Notes: generated by a model from the sequence alone, not told the origin. Positions 1 to 14,500 are shown, numbered from the stretch's first letter. The stretch is DNA of 64,000 nt from Nageia nagi (GCA_050084985.1 JBITNC010000002.1:20956001-21020000), one strand, 5' to 3'. Numbers and translations are program-made.

Positions 1-930
1 CTAAACTACATTCCTACATGATCCAAATGATCTCAACAATAATTCATATGAAAATGGAAACCAAACAAGCTAAAAAAATGATAAAAAAATAAAAATAGTC
101 ACACTCTATGCATGTAACAGAGTGGATGCGTATGCATTAGACTAGTTGGATCTAATGGTAAAAGGTAACTGGTGGGTCATTGGAGAATTGCCTAACTGTC
201 AGTTATTATGACTAGACCTATGCAGACTGGTTGAAAATAGAGATTCAAAATTATGATATTTTCATACTTTTATTAAGCTCAACATTCAACATTCTCCCCC
301 TCTATGCTGATGGGACTAATGAGGATATTCCTCAAATTCAAAAACCAAGCTTTTACAATATCTTTTGTGAAGATATCCATAATATTGTCCAAGGTATTAT
401 AATGCCTAAGTTTAATGATATTTTTCTTCACTATGTCACGTATAAAGTGTTACTTCATATCAAATTGTTTGGACTTGTTATGGTGGACATAATTCTTTAC
501 TAGTTGAATGACACTTTTTTGTCATACAATAAGGTTGGTGGACTATATTTTTTTTCACCAAGTCTTCAAGAACTTTCATCAACCACTATGCTTGAGCACT
601 AGCACTTTGATTGTAATGTATTCAACCTCTTTAGAAGAAAGGGTAATTATACTTTTCTTCCTTGAATTCCATGTAATCATACTTGATTCAAGACTAAAAT
701 AATTCCTTAATGTAGAATTTCTATCATCAAAATTGCTTACCTAATCAGAATCACTAAAGCCAACACGTGTACATCATCATTTTTATAGTAAAAAATACCA
801 AAATTAGTTTTTTTTATAACTTTAGTAAAATTTCTATTATATTAAATACAAGAATACATATTTACGGTGAAAGAGAGGATATTCATCCAACTAAGAAATC
901 AAACTAGCATTATTCGACGTGGAGGTGATA
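1..930 (-). mobile_element. Decayed Ty1/copia 3' portion: part of the 3' LTR (1-291), PPT, RNase H/RT remnant
   Basis: The LTR edge ...TTCAACA (291) is followed by CTCCCCCT, a minus-strand polypurine tract. Minus-strand translation gives VKNYVHHNKSKQFDMK*HFIRD and MDIFTK, matching copia RNase H motifs. Right boundary is approximate. Confidence 0.75.
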
Positions 931-1199
931 AATGGTTTCCAAACAAGAACATAAAAACTAGTTTTAAAATTAAGCATTATCTATAATACATATGTTCAAG
1001 GAATTTGATCATAATGCAGATGCTTTCTTCACCATAGGAGCGCATGAGTTGAGACATCCAAAATGTTGTTATTAACATCATAATCCTGAGACTGATATCG
1101 CCATAGGAACGTAGGAGTTTAGGCATAAAAAATATAGGGGCTATCATTAAAAACCATGGATTGAAATTCTTCAACCAACTATTGATGAGCTACATGAAG

Positions 1200-1931
1200 A
1201 CTAAGATGTAATACCAACCATGTGGTCAACTTTTCAGGATTCTACTGAGATTTGTAATTCCAGGCTGAGATGAATGGTTTTCAAAGGAGCATATTTGAGA
1301 GCTCAATGCTGGATTCTTGGTCAGCAGAGGAATGAGCCATCCAGATATGACTTAATTAAACCCCTATATTATCCTAGACTTCTCTATAGATTGATTTATC
1401 TTCAAACTATTTTTTTATTACATTTTATCCATAGGGTCCATAGTATCATAGAAGGGACAGAAGACCAAACTATTGAAGGTACCTTCCTCTTACGTGGGTA
1501 AAACCAAGATAGTAATAAATGCCCAATACTTTGAGGTATAGCCTTGGTGAAGGAGAAAATGTTGATGAACTGAACCCAAACTTCATAAGAAAAGGGATAG
1601 TGAAGAAGCAGATGGGATCCCTTTTCAATTGAATCGTTGCACAAGAATCATTGGAAAATCTTATGCTAGCCTCTCTTGAATAGTTGTTCACTAGAGAGGA
1701 ATTTATTGTATGCTACAACCCATGAGAAGAAATTGGTCTTAGGATAATCGTTTGACCTCCATATTTTATTCCAAATTATAGGAGGCCAAACTTGAGTTAT
1801 GGGGGAAGCCGCGTGTATGTATACTGATCAAACTATATAGTCTTCCTTTGGGGTTGGTACCCAGATGAGGTAGTCTTCTTCATTCGATTTAATCATATTA
1901 AGTTGTAACAGGGAGTTAAGAGCCTTTCTTT
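1200..1931 (-). mobile_element. Old L1-clade LINE, ORF2 C-terminal (zf-RVT) fragment; piece 1 of 3
   Basis: HLLLHYPFSYEVW and ILWTLWIKCNKKIV resemble the HL..C and W.IW.ERN.RIF motifs of plant L1 ORF2. It is contiguous with 4863+ in the uninterrupted copy at 57350-58898. Left boundary is approximate. Confidence 0.75.
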
Positions 1932-4862
1932 CTTTCTTTTTTTTTGGTAAGTAAAAAAACTTTAAATTAACTAAAAAAACAAATCACGCATAGGATACAC
2001 TGATTATACAAAAATTATCATCCCGTAGAAGGTGATGACTACTGATTATAGGACCAACCCGACACATAACTCCACGGACTGGGTCCAGTGGATCAATATG
2101 ATTACAACTATGGTGTGTCGTCCATACTAGGATCGAGGACAGGAGCGTCCTGTACTATGAGTCGCCAATTCTCAATGAATCGATAGATTAGTAAGGGGTC
2201 ACTCTATTTGAAAAGTGAGGCTTCCCAAATATTTGCCATTTGAGAGCCGAGTGTATACCAGAGCTTGTCAACAGGGGATTGAATTCTCCTAAAGATACGC
2301 TGATTCCTCTCAAGCCAAATGCACCATAGGAGCATAACCGGGGAAGCTTTCCATAACACCACAAGGATTGTGCTAAATGCAGGGTGATACCATGACCGTA
2401 AAAGGGCACCCACGTTTAGAGGAATGATCCACTTCAATCTAAAGGTTGAGAATAGATAGTTCCAAAGTGTGGAGGCAAAGGGACAATGAAGTAGGAGATG
2501 GGGTCTTGTTTCGGGAGCTTCACCACACAGAACATAAGTTGAAATTTTCGACCATCCTCGTCTATGTAGTTGTTCCCCTGATAGGATTTTGTCATGAGTT
2601 AAGGCCAAAAGAAAAAACTGCGCTTTTGGCTAGGCATAAGATGAACATACATGATTCCATACTTTAGGAGGATACTTTACAGGGGTTGAATTGGATAGGA
2701 CATTGAATGCTGAACTAACAGATTAGTTCCTAGATGGTGACCATGCCCAAACCAAGTGATCAATCCCATCAGGTTTGAGTTTGTATATCCAAAGTTGAGT
2801 ATCTAGCACTATGTATTCATGGACAAGGTCTAGAGGAACGTGGTTTAGTGTACGCAATAACTTTTTCCTCATCCCATCAATATCTGACCATTTCCAATAA
2901 TCCTGAACTAGTTGCCCCCATTGCTAACTCATATATTCTTGCATCTGTACGGGCTCACGTAGCTTTGCGAGGGAATGATCTGTGACCCAAGTGTCTTGAT
3001 AAAACTTTACCTTGTCACCAATAATAGCTACCCATTTCAGGTGTTGGATAATTACAGGTCAGACTCTCCTTAGTCCATTCCAGATCATGGAGCCAACTGG
3101 AGTATCTAGCATCGTAAAAATACGCTCAGCTTGGTCACTATCCATATATTTGGATCGTATTGCCTGGCTCGAAGGTGAGGTATATTCCGTAAAAATCTGC
3201 CATAATAGTTTCCCTAGTAGAGCAATGTTCATGTCTCTGAGCTTTCTTATACCAAGGCCCCCTTTGCTAAGTAAATCAGAGCATATAACTTCCCAGTCTA
3301 CCAAATGAATTTTGCTCACTTCTGAGTTGCCTAGCCACATGAAATCCCTCAGGAGATGCTCCATCTGAAGTAACATTTTAGATGGGATCCAATATACCCC
3401 CATCTCAAAAATGGGTAGGGCACTGAGAATAGATTTTATCTTTACCAACCTACTTGCCGCTGACAGCCACTTCGCTTTCCAGCTCTCCAGTTTCGAGGAT
3501 AGCCTAACCTTGATCCTTTCTCAAAAGTTACCTATACGCCCACCTTAGAGCAAAGGTAAGCCTAGATATATGCTAGAAAAGGTGTCTGTGGTCATTCTTG
3601 TTAGGCGTGAGATTAACTAGAGGAGCCGAGGAGGAAGGTTAATGCCATACACTTCAGATTTTTCATAATTAACAGCCTGGCCCGAAGCTACCTCATATGT
3701 ATTGAGGAGATTTTTGACCATTTGAATTTATGGACTGAATGATAAACTATCAATAATGTGTCATTTGTAGATTGAGAATGAGTCATCGGTGGAAAAATAT
3801 GATTGATGTTTAACCCCTTGATCTTGCCTATAGCTTGAAGGTGTCTTAACCCCTTCCTAAGGCCTCGACTACTATGATAAACAACTATGGAGATAATGGG
3901 TCTCCTTGTCTCAACCCTTAAGAGCTCTTAAACAAACCTCTAGCACAACCATTGATTAGAATTGAGTACGATGGACCACTAACTAAAGCCCAAATCCATT
4001 GGATTCAATCAGAAGCAAAGCCAAATTTCTCCATCATGCATATCAAGAAAACCCAATTTACACAATCAAAGGTTTTTCTCATATCTAACTTCATCAGTAA
4101 CCCCTTATTTTTATGATTATTTAAGGATTGGATCAGCTCATGGATGAGAATGGATCCATACATAAATTTTCTTCCTTTGATAAAGGTTTTTGTTCATTCG
4201 ATATTATATCTGAAATCACTTTTTTTAATATGTTTGCAGCCATCTTAGATAGGATTTTGTAAATGCAATTACAAAGGTTTGTGCATTTGAGACTTTTGGA
4301 ATCAGAGACAAAAATGTGTGGTTGATCCGACTTAGCACTTGTTTGCTGTTGAAGGCTTCTCTGACAATGGTTACCACCACCTCCTTTAGCATGTTCCAAA
4401 AATATTGATAAAATCCTGAGGGGAATCTATCAGGCCCAAGAGCTCCATAACTCTTCATTTGTGACATAGCAACATAAACCTCCTCCTCTGAGATTGGGTT
4501 GGTAAGCATCGTGTTTTGAGTTGGGGTGATTATGTTTAGTATTAAGTCCAAAAAATAATCTTGTCATGTTGATCTTCATTGATCTTCTTCTGACAGTAAA
4601 TGCTGAAAAAAAAATTATGTGTTCATCTAAGTCTTTTGGTGAGGTAAGAGATTTACCCTCTAGAGTAACCAAATTTGAGATTCGGTTATGGGACTTATGA
4701 GCTATTGTGGATGCATGAAAGTATTTGGTATTTCTATCTCCCTCCTATAACCACTATATCCTCGACTTTTGTTTCTAGAAAATCTCCTCCATAAGATATG
4801 CTTCATTTAGTTTTTGAAGAAGAGACTTTTCTTTTTCCAAAAGGGTGGTGCCTTGCTCATTT
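1932..4862 (-). mobile_element. Younger 5'-truncated L1-clade LINE (RT plus zf-RVT, frameshifted) with an 18-bp TSD
   Basis: A T-rich tail lies at 1932-1945. The TSD is AGTTAAGAGCCTTTCTTT (1914-1931) / AGTTAAGATCCTTTCTTT (4863-4880). ORF pieces include GPDRFPSGFYQYFW, KGGLGIRKLRDMNIALLGKLLW and LLWCIWLERNQRIF. Confidence 0.9.
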
Positions 4863-5812
4863 AGTTAAGATCCTTTCTTTTAGCATTGATATATTTAGGG
4901 ATAATATCAAGACTACACCATTTTAAAAGTTATTGGCCATAAGCATCACTCCATTCAATGCAATCAATAACATATTCAACTCTTGTTTGCTTGAACAAAT
5001 TTTGTATCTTCTTAAAATTGGTCAACTAGTTTAGAGGGGTTGTAGACAATCATGTATCCTCCCAAAAGTGGACTTTGTCTCCTTTATCAATAACCTATTT
5101 TAGTAGCTCTAAAATATGATTCATAGCCTTCCTCATCCTATTCTAAATCATAGATCGAAATGGGAGATTGACTTTTGTGAAAAATTCTATGATGACAGAA
5201 GTCATATAAGTATTTAAAATATAATGCTTGACTCCATTGAGAATAAGATTATTTTTAACATTGCCAAATTAGCTTGCCTATCAAGGCAATATTCATATTT
5301 TGATTGCTTTTGATGCCCAAGCATCGTAATTCTAAGTTTGAACAAATAGTTTGCCAGGACACTAGGTGAGCTTTCCTTTCCTCTAATTTTCCATACCATA
5401 GAAAGTTCAGCATTAGAAGTTCAATTTATTTCTTCACTTTTTCAAAGATCCAAAGAACATCAATGTAAAATACCAAGAGAGAAGAGAGGAATGATTTTAT
5501 CTTAATTAGTTTTCTTACTGTAGATAGCTATTTTCCCTTCCAACTAGCCAATTTATTTATAAGGTTTAACAATGAGCGAGTCCCAAAAGGTACCAATGTT
5601 CCTATCGAAAAATAATGGTAGACCCAAGTATGTGCTTGGAAAAGAGTCAATCGATATTCCAATTTGTCTCTCCATATATTGGAGGAACTTGGATAGTTTC
5701 ATGTTTATACCATATTATTTTGACTTGTTATAGTTCACTATTTATCTTGATGCCAGTTCATAGGAGTTGAGCAAATTTTTGATCATGTGGATTTCCTGGA
5801 TAGAGGGGTAGG
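4863..5812 (-). mobile_element. Old L1-clade LINE ORF2 fragment; piece 2 of 3
   Basis: Decayed RT C-terminal region (PSTYLGLPLF-type motif near 5615-5645). Colinear with 57975-58898. Confidence 0.75.
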
Positions 5813-7170
5813 CGTAAAATCCCAAATAATTCTTCAAGCAAATATTAGCCAATTAATGAGCAATAAATATTAAATTATGCTTCTAGGCATACCATGAATT
5901 GATCTAGGGTATCAAACATATATAAAAATATACCAAAAGCCCCAATGTTGCATCTTTTGAGCTAGAAAATACCTCAATAGCTCAACGTGGCACTAGGAGA
6001 TCTATAAATCATGCAAAATACACCATAAATAATCCCAAAAATATGATTTCACACCAAAATAAGTAGGATATCATCAAGCACATATCACAATGAGATAATA
6101 AACAGAGATCAAGTGCATCACGACTCAATTAATGAAGTAATTATGGGAATAATACAATACTAGACCCTCAAGGGGTCAACATTAGCCTTTAAGGAGCACC
6201 AATGTGTACATATGATCAATGATGTAGATATATTATAGAAAAACCACACATTACTAGATATATGGAAGCCTCATTGAAGGGCTTCCTCACAAGCTACCTC
6301 CTAGTGAAGAGAATAAGTGCAATTCTGGAATGCCACCAGATGGATTCAAAGGTGAAGACCACTATATATGCCTAAGATTAGGGCAACCTCATATTATGAA
6401 TATTCACCTCAATCACTAGTCAGAAGATTTTCTAAGCCTCCTGAACTCTCCTTGGTCTACATGCATAAGGGTGCATGATGCTTCTAAGTCTTTGGTAACT
6501 CTGAAGAGAAGATGACCTTTCAATATAATAATCAACATATCTCTACAATTATGCTCTAATTTATTTTATAGCATAGCCTAGATCTATATCTCATATAGAA
6601 GTCATTACCCAATTCTATAATCCAATGTTAGCCTCATAGAGGCTCCAAAATACCCAATGTTGGTGTCTAGGGATCATGCATGCCCAACGTGGATGTCTAA
6701 AGATCATAAATGCCCAACATAGATGTGTAGATGCTATACATGCCCAAAAAGGGTATCTGGGAGTCATACATACCATCTTGGTATCTAGGAGTCATGCATG
6801 GATGCTTAGATGTTATCATGGGCCAACACAAGGGTCTAAGAGTTTCCCAAGGTTGGTGCAAGTGTACAAGTGTTCCCAAGTCCAATGTTGTGGGTATCCA
6901 TGATTATCCATATTAATGTACCATCATAGGTGCTATACAATACTTGGCATTATCACAATAAATATTTAGGATCTTCAAGTGTACAAACAATAATAAAATA
7001 ACTCATCCTAAGGTTGAGAGGAAAACATCCCTCTTTGGGGTTCAGAATGTTGCTACAATGGACCATTATTTTTCTATCGCAAGTAACTAATAATGTAAAA
7101 ATAAAATATTTATAAAGGGAACACTTAGGATACCAAATTTACTTATTTTTGTTCAAAAAGGGATGTTACA
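5813..7170 (-). repeat. 3' LTR of the gypsy element, with a ~30-bp minisatellite at about 6650-6830
   Basis: Direct repeat of 10040-11409 and 58899-60288; ATGCCCAAC recurs at 30-bp spacing. Confidence 0.88.
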
Positions 7171-10039
7171 AAGCCTCCCTTCTCAAATTTCCTCCCCTCA
7201 AGCAATTGTAAAATTTAAAAAAGCCTTTTATTCCAAGCATCCTTTCATACATATGCATGCATCAACTTAAAATTCTTTAAGTGGAATGCAACTTCAATAT
7301 GTCTCACCAATAAATTATAAAATGAACTCCATATGACAATCATTGGAAAAGTATCCCTCATGTCTAAAACATAGAAGTAATGTGCAACGCTTCTTTTTAA
7401 ACTATTTTTAGGCATGTTAATGGTGGAAAAAATATATGATCTATATGAAATATTAGTGCCTTCACTTTTATTTAGATCAACCTTCTCTATGTAATTATAA
7501 ATTCTATGTATCACATCAAATTTTTTGAGATTGAAATAAGGTCATTTCCATCACAAGTAATCCACATTAACCACAAAATTGTAGTCTTGAACTCACAGGT
7601 CACATGGAAAGTTTTTTGATATAGAAATCCACATTAAGTACAAAAATGCAATTTTGAACTCATACTTTTCATGTAAAAATTCTGATATAGCAATCTATAC
7701 TAAGCACAAAAATACAACCATGAGCATTTGCAACAATCCTGAAATGGAAGGGATAAAAACATTTTTCCATCTTTAGGTGGTGATATCATCTTACAAAAAT
7801 ATAGAAAAAAATAAGTGTGAGTGGAAGCAAACATAACTCTTTCTTCCTATCAAGTGTCAAGACCTTCTTGTGCCCAATATTGCATTTATAGCCTCTTCCT
7901 TCTTCTCAATGTGTGGCCAAATTACTTCCATCCTTTTATTTATCACTTGAGGATAATATTCCTTGATTCCTTGCAAGGTATGAGCCTTACCATCAACTTA
8001 AAAACTCATATTTAGATTTATGTAATTGGTATGAATATCTCCCAATTCAAATAGCTATTGGACTCCCAAAATCATATGAGTATGGACATCGATGGGGTAG
8101 ACATAGAAATTTTCTCTAGCAGTATAACCTTGCAATCTTAACCCAAATTTTTTAACCACTTGATCCACATGAGTAAGTTTTTCATTAGCATTAAAAATTC
8201 TAAACTCTTAAAAACTTTGTCTTAAGTCCTCTCTTGCTTACGAAGTTTTCATTAATAAGATTATGATTAGCACCAATACCTATGAAGACCATTATCTCTT
8301 GTCCTTTTTCTTGACTAATTACCTTCAAAATTAAATATTTTGATGCTCCATTGAGAAAGCAATCATGATTCCAAGGGATGCCTCCTCCTTGGGTGTTTCC
8401 TCATTCTCTAACACATCCACATCAAGATCCAAATTAGATCCATCATCATCATGAGGAAGGACCTCAATTTAATGCACTTTCCTTTATGTTGACAACTATA
8501 TCCTAGTTCCCATAGTTTCTTGTAGTGGAAATATTTACCTTCCTCCCTCAATTTCCTCTTATTAGCTATATCCAACTAATTAATTCCAAGTGGAAATAAT
8601 GCCTTTGGTTTGCTGGTCACTTCTTTTTTGCTTATGACATGCCCCTTGGGTGTTTGTGCACTTTGAGGGTAGTCATAGTGAGCTCCAAATTGTATTTGAC
8701 CCTTATTGCATCATCAAGAGTTTTTGGCCTTGAAATTTTCACCATCCCTTGTAGAGGTTCCATCAATTCCTTTACAAAAGTGAAAGTCAACCTCTCCTCT
8801 AAAATATTATGAATCATCACTACTATAATTTTTTGAAATTATGAAATATATTCATCAACTATTCCTTGCTATTTTAGAGATGTGATATCTCTAAAATAAT
8901 CATTTTCCTTCTTCCTATAAAAAACTTTACCAATATTCTAGTAAACTCATCAAAAGAAGAAATATGAGAATAATCTTGGTTAATTACCCCATGTTTCCAC
9001 CATTCAATAACATCTCCCTCAAAATACAACAATGCAAAATGGATAGTATATTCTTCGATTATGTTTGGGTTGAAGGTGAAGTATGTTTGGAGTTGATATA
9101 GCCATGCCCTAGCCATCATCTTCTTCCCATCATACATGGGTACCTACATTTTATTTATCTTTTGCTGTAAGTATTTCATATCACCCCATCAATTTCCTTG
9201 AGAATGCATCCCATGGGAACTATTCCTTTTTAGAACAAATATCTTCAAATAACTATTGAAATTCACATCTTTTCCTAATTTTGAATCAAGCATGGAATAA
9301 TATTTGAAAATTTAATTTAATTCAAGAGGGTTTGGGACCTAATGTTTTACCTTACTTAAAGATATTTAAGAAAACATGGGCTTAGGTGGCCTAGGAATTA
9401 TTTGTAGATCCCTTATCTTTCCAGCATTCTCCTCAAAAATCATCCCAAGAGTGGATTGATCCCACACAGTGCTCTATGGGAGTAGGATCTCATTAATGCA
9501 TGTTCCTAGTGATTCACTAACCCATGATGAGTGGATCCTCTATCTCTCAAACTATGCAATGTCCTTAGGATAGGCTCTCTTTCACTCATTTCTCTTCTTG
9601 TGGATCATAGTCATAATCTCAAATGGAATGTAGGGGACTAGGATTCATCAAATTTTATTTTAGGGCTTTCTCTCTCCTAAACTAAGCATCCATTTTAGTT
9701 ACTTGATTCTACACTACCTTAGTCATTAATGGCCATAAAGAGCTCATCGAATTTTCTTTGTAATGTGGACTCCCATATAAGACTTATTATTCTTCTAGAA
9801 AAAGGATATCTACCTCTTTTGGCTAAATTACCATCATCATAGTACTCTTCCTCTTGAATATCTTTCATCCAAGGGCCATGGGCCTCACTCTGGATGGATA
9901 TGGTTGGGGTTTCATCTTGCAACACCACCTTCCCACTTTTCCTTGTTAAAGCCATCTCTCTTCTAGCATCAGTTCTAGTATAATGGGTATGAATTACAAG
10001 TCTCATTCATAGGCTAGCGAAAATAATCTATGATACCAC

Positions 10040-11409
10040 TATAAAATTGTAAATAATTCTTCAAGCAATTATTAGCTAATTATTGAGAAATAAATATCAA
10101 TTTTTTCTTCTAGGTATGCCACAAACTGATCTAGGGTACTACACATGTACAAAAAAATGCTTGAAACCCCAATGTTGCACCTCTTAAGCTAGTAAATACC
10201 TCAATAGCTCAATGCAATACTAGGACATCCAAAAATCATTCAAAATACACTACAAAAAATTCTAGAAATATTATGTCATACCAAGAGAAATAAGATATCA
10301 TCAAACACACATCACAATGAGATAAGAAATGGAGATCAAGTGGTCCATGACTTAATTAATGGAGTAATAATAGGAATAATACAATACCATATCATTAAGG
10401 GCTCAATGTTAGCCTCAAAGGATCTAACTAGGGTATATCAATGTGCAAATATGATCAATGACATAAATATATTATAGAAAAATCACAATGTACTAGATCT
10501 ATGGTTGCCTCACTGAAGGGCTTCCTCACAGGTTAGCTCTTGGCGAAGAGAAAAAGTGAAACTCTGGAATTCCATTAGATGGATTCAAAGGTACATATCT
10601 TTATGGAAACCTTAGGTTGGGGAAACCTCATAGCATGAACATTCACCTCAATTGCTAGTCAGAAAGTATTCTAAGCCTCCGAACTCTCTCTAGTCTACAC
10701 ACCTAAGGGTGCTTGACACTGCCATATCTTTGGTAACTCTGAAAAGGAGAATAGTTTTAATCATAATAATCAACATATATTTCTAATGATGCTCCAACAT
10801 TTTTTATAATATTATATGGATATGGATCTCACTTATAATTCATCACCTGACTCTCTAATCCAAAATTAGCCTTCTACAAGCTCCAACATGTCTAACATGG
10901 ATGCCTAGGGATCATGCATGCCCAATGTGGATGTTTAGAGATTATACATGCCCATGGTAGATGTATAAAGGCCCTACATGCCCAACATGGGTGTCTAGAA
11001 TTCATATATACTATTATGGTGTCTAGGAGTCATGTGTGGGTACTTAGGTATCATCATTTACCAACATGGGGGTATAGGAATTTTCGAAGGCTGGAACAAG
11101 TATTCAAGTGCTCCTAAGTCAAACGATGAGGCTATAAGTGATTATCCATGTTAATGTTTCATCCTAGGTGCTATATAATAATTAGGATTCCCATAATAAA
11201 TATTTAGGATCTCCAAGTGTACAAATAAAAATAAAATAATTCATCCTAAGTTTGGGAGGAAAATATCCCTCTTTGAGGCTCACAATGTGGGTCTAATGGA
11301 TGATTATTTTTCTATCCCAAGTAAATAATAATAAAAAAAATAAAATATTTACAAAGGTAACACCTAGGATCTCAAATTTACTTATTTTTATTCAAAAAGG
11401 GATGTTACA
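10040..11409 (-). repeat. 5' LTR of the gypsy element
   Basis: Adjacent to the PBS; direct repeat of 5813-7170. Confidence 0.88.
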
Positions 11410-12175
11410 GGAGGCTGCAAGGAGAGTATCATCAACAAATTTAAAGTGAGTGATCAAGGGAATGATATGATTGATATGCAACCCTTTGATGTGTCCAATA
11501 ATTTTCAAATATTTTAGGACTCTACCTATAAGGGCTTCCATCATATTAATGAACAAGTATGGTGAAAATGGATCTTCTTGATGAAGACCAAAAGTGCTTT
11601 TGAAATAACCTTATGCGCTTATATTTATCATAATAAAAAAGGATGGATTATGAATTAAAGTAGAGATTCAATTAATCCATTGAACCTAAAAGCCATACTT
11701 CTACATGATACTAAGGAAAAAAGACTAATTTACTCTATCAAAATCTTTCTTCATATCCAATTTTCTACTAAAAGATTGAAGGGAATGTAAAAGTTCATGG
11801 ATGAGAATAAGTCCATCCATGAGTTATCTTTGTTGATAAATATTTTTTGTTATATGATATGAGCATTGGAAGCACATTTTTCAATCTATTGGCTATAACT
11901 TTTGAGATAATCTTGTAATGGGGTTGCATAAGAAAATAGGTCTATAGCCTTCAATAGATCTAGCATTTTTGATTTTGGAATGAGAGCAATGAATGTATGA
12001 TTAAATCAGCTTAAAATATCTTTTGAAAAGAATGATTCCCATATAAATTCAATCACCTCATATTTGAGTAGAGACCAATTTTTTTTGATAAAAAACAAGA
12101 GGGAAATGATTAAGCCTAGGTGCACTGAAGCTTTTCATCTGGAACACCACTTTTTCTACTTCTTTAGCTAAAATA
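11410..12175 (-). mobile_element. Old L1-clade LINE RT core; piece 3 of 3
   Basis: Minus-strand KFVDDTLL (catalytic FADD-type motif) lies right after the LTR, followed by decayed PFSPYLF, MKKDFDRVN and RPIS motifs. Confidence 0.8.
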
Positions 12176-12179
12176 GGGA

Positions 12180-13200
12180 AAAAAGGTAAAGTAAGCACCA
12201 TAAGAGAATATCACACAACACAAGATGTATCAAGGTTCACCAATATGCTACATCCCTAGATAATATTGCTTGGATCATGCTCCAAATATAGCCATTGCAA
12301 AGCACAAAATTGACTAACATTTTTCATGCCCAATAATTCTTTTGATTCCCAACTGACAGTTTTCATGCTCGATTAGCATTTTTGATCTATTTTAGTAAAT
12401 TTGCTTTATTTAATGGGTAATTTTTTGATAAAGATAGGCATACATATGCTAAATGGAAATATTATTTTGAGTACTATTCAATAAATGAGAAATTAAATTA
12501 ATTTTAAGTCTCTACTAAGAGTTATACCTCTCTAAAAATGATTGATCCATTTTTATAAAAACTTCTTACTAACATAATTCCATTTTGCATTGTTGGATAT
12601 CACATTACATTATTGAATATCATATTTCTTTTTCAGCCTTCACTCTTCATTATCGAACATCATATTTCATTATTGACCTTCACCTTGTATTATCAAATAT
12701 TATTGTTGAACATCATATTTCATTTTGTTCTATTTAACTATTTTGCTACATTTTGTTCTGTTTAACTATTCTCATACATTTTGTTCTATTTAACTGTTAT
12801 ACTATGGTGTTTTATTATATATTTTCTTTATCAACTATAATTGAAAGGAGCTACAATACCTAATTTCTTCAATACCAACTACAAGGAGCACCAATTCCTC
12901 TTTTCAAATACAAACTAGATAAGATAAAGGAACAATAATTTTGACAAAAGTTGCAAAATCTGTGTAAGAGACCCTCAATGATTTAGCTCATAAAACTTCA
13001 CTCTTGGCTACCCTTGTATGATTATTGCATTCACATCTCATATCCAAACTATTACTCTTATTTACATTTTATATAATTTTAGTACATATAGTCTCTTTTA
13101 TGTCTCATCAATGAGTTATCAATCATGCTATTAACAATGTTGCATATCTTCTTAGTTCTACAAAAATATTCTTTTTTAATTGCAATCCAACTCTATCATC
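12180..13200. mobile_element. Fragmentary copia (SIRE/Angela-like) LTR, interrupted by the 12305-12835 repeat
   Basis: 12180-12303 and 12836-12900 align by eye to 33890-34060 and 48890-49060 (CACACAACAyAAGAT...AGGTTyACCAATATG...TTGGATCATG; AAGGAGCACCAA). Confidence 0.45.
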
Positions 13201-14500
13201 ATTCTACCTTTAGTAATACATATCACACATACTTCACACAGCAGTAGCATATACGCACACTCAACAACAACACATTCTACTAAGCCAACTCATTTTTTTG
13301 CTTGGATATGCTCAAAATTATTCTGACTGGTTGTTATCTATGGTAACTATCCTTAACCAAATGTTTTAGTTACATTCTTGAAATAATCACCACTCATTAG
13401 TTCCACCCTGTTAACTATTCTTTTTCTATCATTTCCATAAACCACTATGGATAAATAAAACTACTCATGAAAGCCATTCATTTCGAATTTGTTAACTTTC
13501 AGTTACATAAATAAGAAGCATAAGAAAATCTCATACATTGTAGCTATTATAAATTTTTCTACAATTTTATAAATGTAATAAAAAATCCACCATTGGATAT
13601 ATTATTTTTGTTAGATGCGAATAGAGTTATCATATGACCCCTTTTGCTTCCAAAATGAGTATTTGGTAGCCATTTTCATAATTGTTGCAGAAAAATGACA
13701 CTCATAAACTCTCAAAATAAATAGAGGGTTAATCACACTTCATTTATCTTGTCATAAATGCACAAAACTTATAGAGAGATAATTTTACTTCATTTATCCT
13801 ATGCACATTTTACTTTGGGCTAGTCACACTTAATTTGTCCTCTTTGCATTTTGACTTCATTAAAGGCCAATAAGCTTCCTTTATTCATGATAAAGTGTGG
13901 GATAATCAAATTTCATATATCCTCCATGTATTTACTATATATTTACTTTATTTTGATCCTCAAAAAAGGTTTATGATGCTCAACTAATCCTTTTGATGCT
14001 CGACTAATTTTTTTCATGCTCAGCTAGCATTTTTGACCTATTTTAGTAGATTACTTTGTTTAATGTGTAATTTGTTAACAAATATAGGCATGCATATACT
14101 CATAAAAAAGCTTATTTTGATTACAATTCAATAAATAAGAAATTAAATAAATTAAAATCATGTAGTAAGAGTTATACCTATCCAACAATGATGAATCCAT
14201 TTTTATAAAAAATTCTTACCAACATAATTCCATTTTGCATTATCAGACATCACCTTGCATTATCAAATATCATCTTGCATTTTCAAACATCATATTTCAT
14301 TTTTGACCTTCACTTTGCATTATCAAACATCATATTTCATTTTCATTCTTCACCTTGCATTGCTAGATATCATTATCAGACATCATATTTCATTTTGTTC
14401 TATTTAACTGTTCAACTTCATTTTATTTTGTTTAACTATTTTGATACATTTTAATCTATTTAGCTATTATAATGCTACATTTTCTACTATATTCTTTTTT
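12305..14500. repeat. ~530-bp direct repeat pair (12305-12835 and 13975-14500) with internal minisatellites
   Basis: Shared colinear sequence (TTTTCATGCTC..TAGCATTTTTGA...AAGAGTTATACC...AACATAATTCCATTTTGCAT). Internal repeats are TTGCATTATCAAACATCATATTTCATT and CATTTTGTTCTATTTAACT. Confidence 0.8.

Larger units (their letters stand above)
5813..11409 (-). mobile_element. Ty3/gypsy LTR retrotransposon, internally deleted and non-autonomous
   Basis: Two ~1.36-kb direct LTRs (5813-7170, 10040-11409) end in ...GATGTTACA. A tRNA-Met-type PBS (plus strand CTATGATACCA) is at 10028-10038 and a PPT follows 7170. The 5-bp TSD is GTAGG/GGAGG. Remnants of gag (ARAWLYQLQTYF...FEGDVIEWW) and protease are present. 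Confidence 0.9.

Noticed and set aside
6650-6830. CRISPR-like regularly spaced repeats (also 10880-11070, 14636-14840, 42540-42670, 59770-59950)
   Set aside because: These are degenerate head-to-tail minisatellites with no unique spacers, in a plant TE context with no cas genes.
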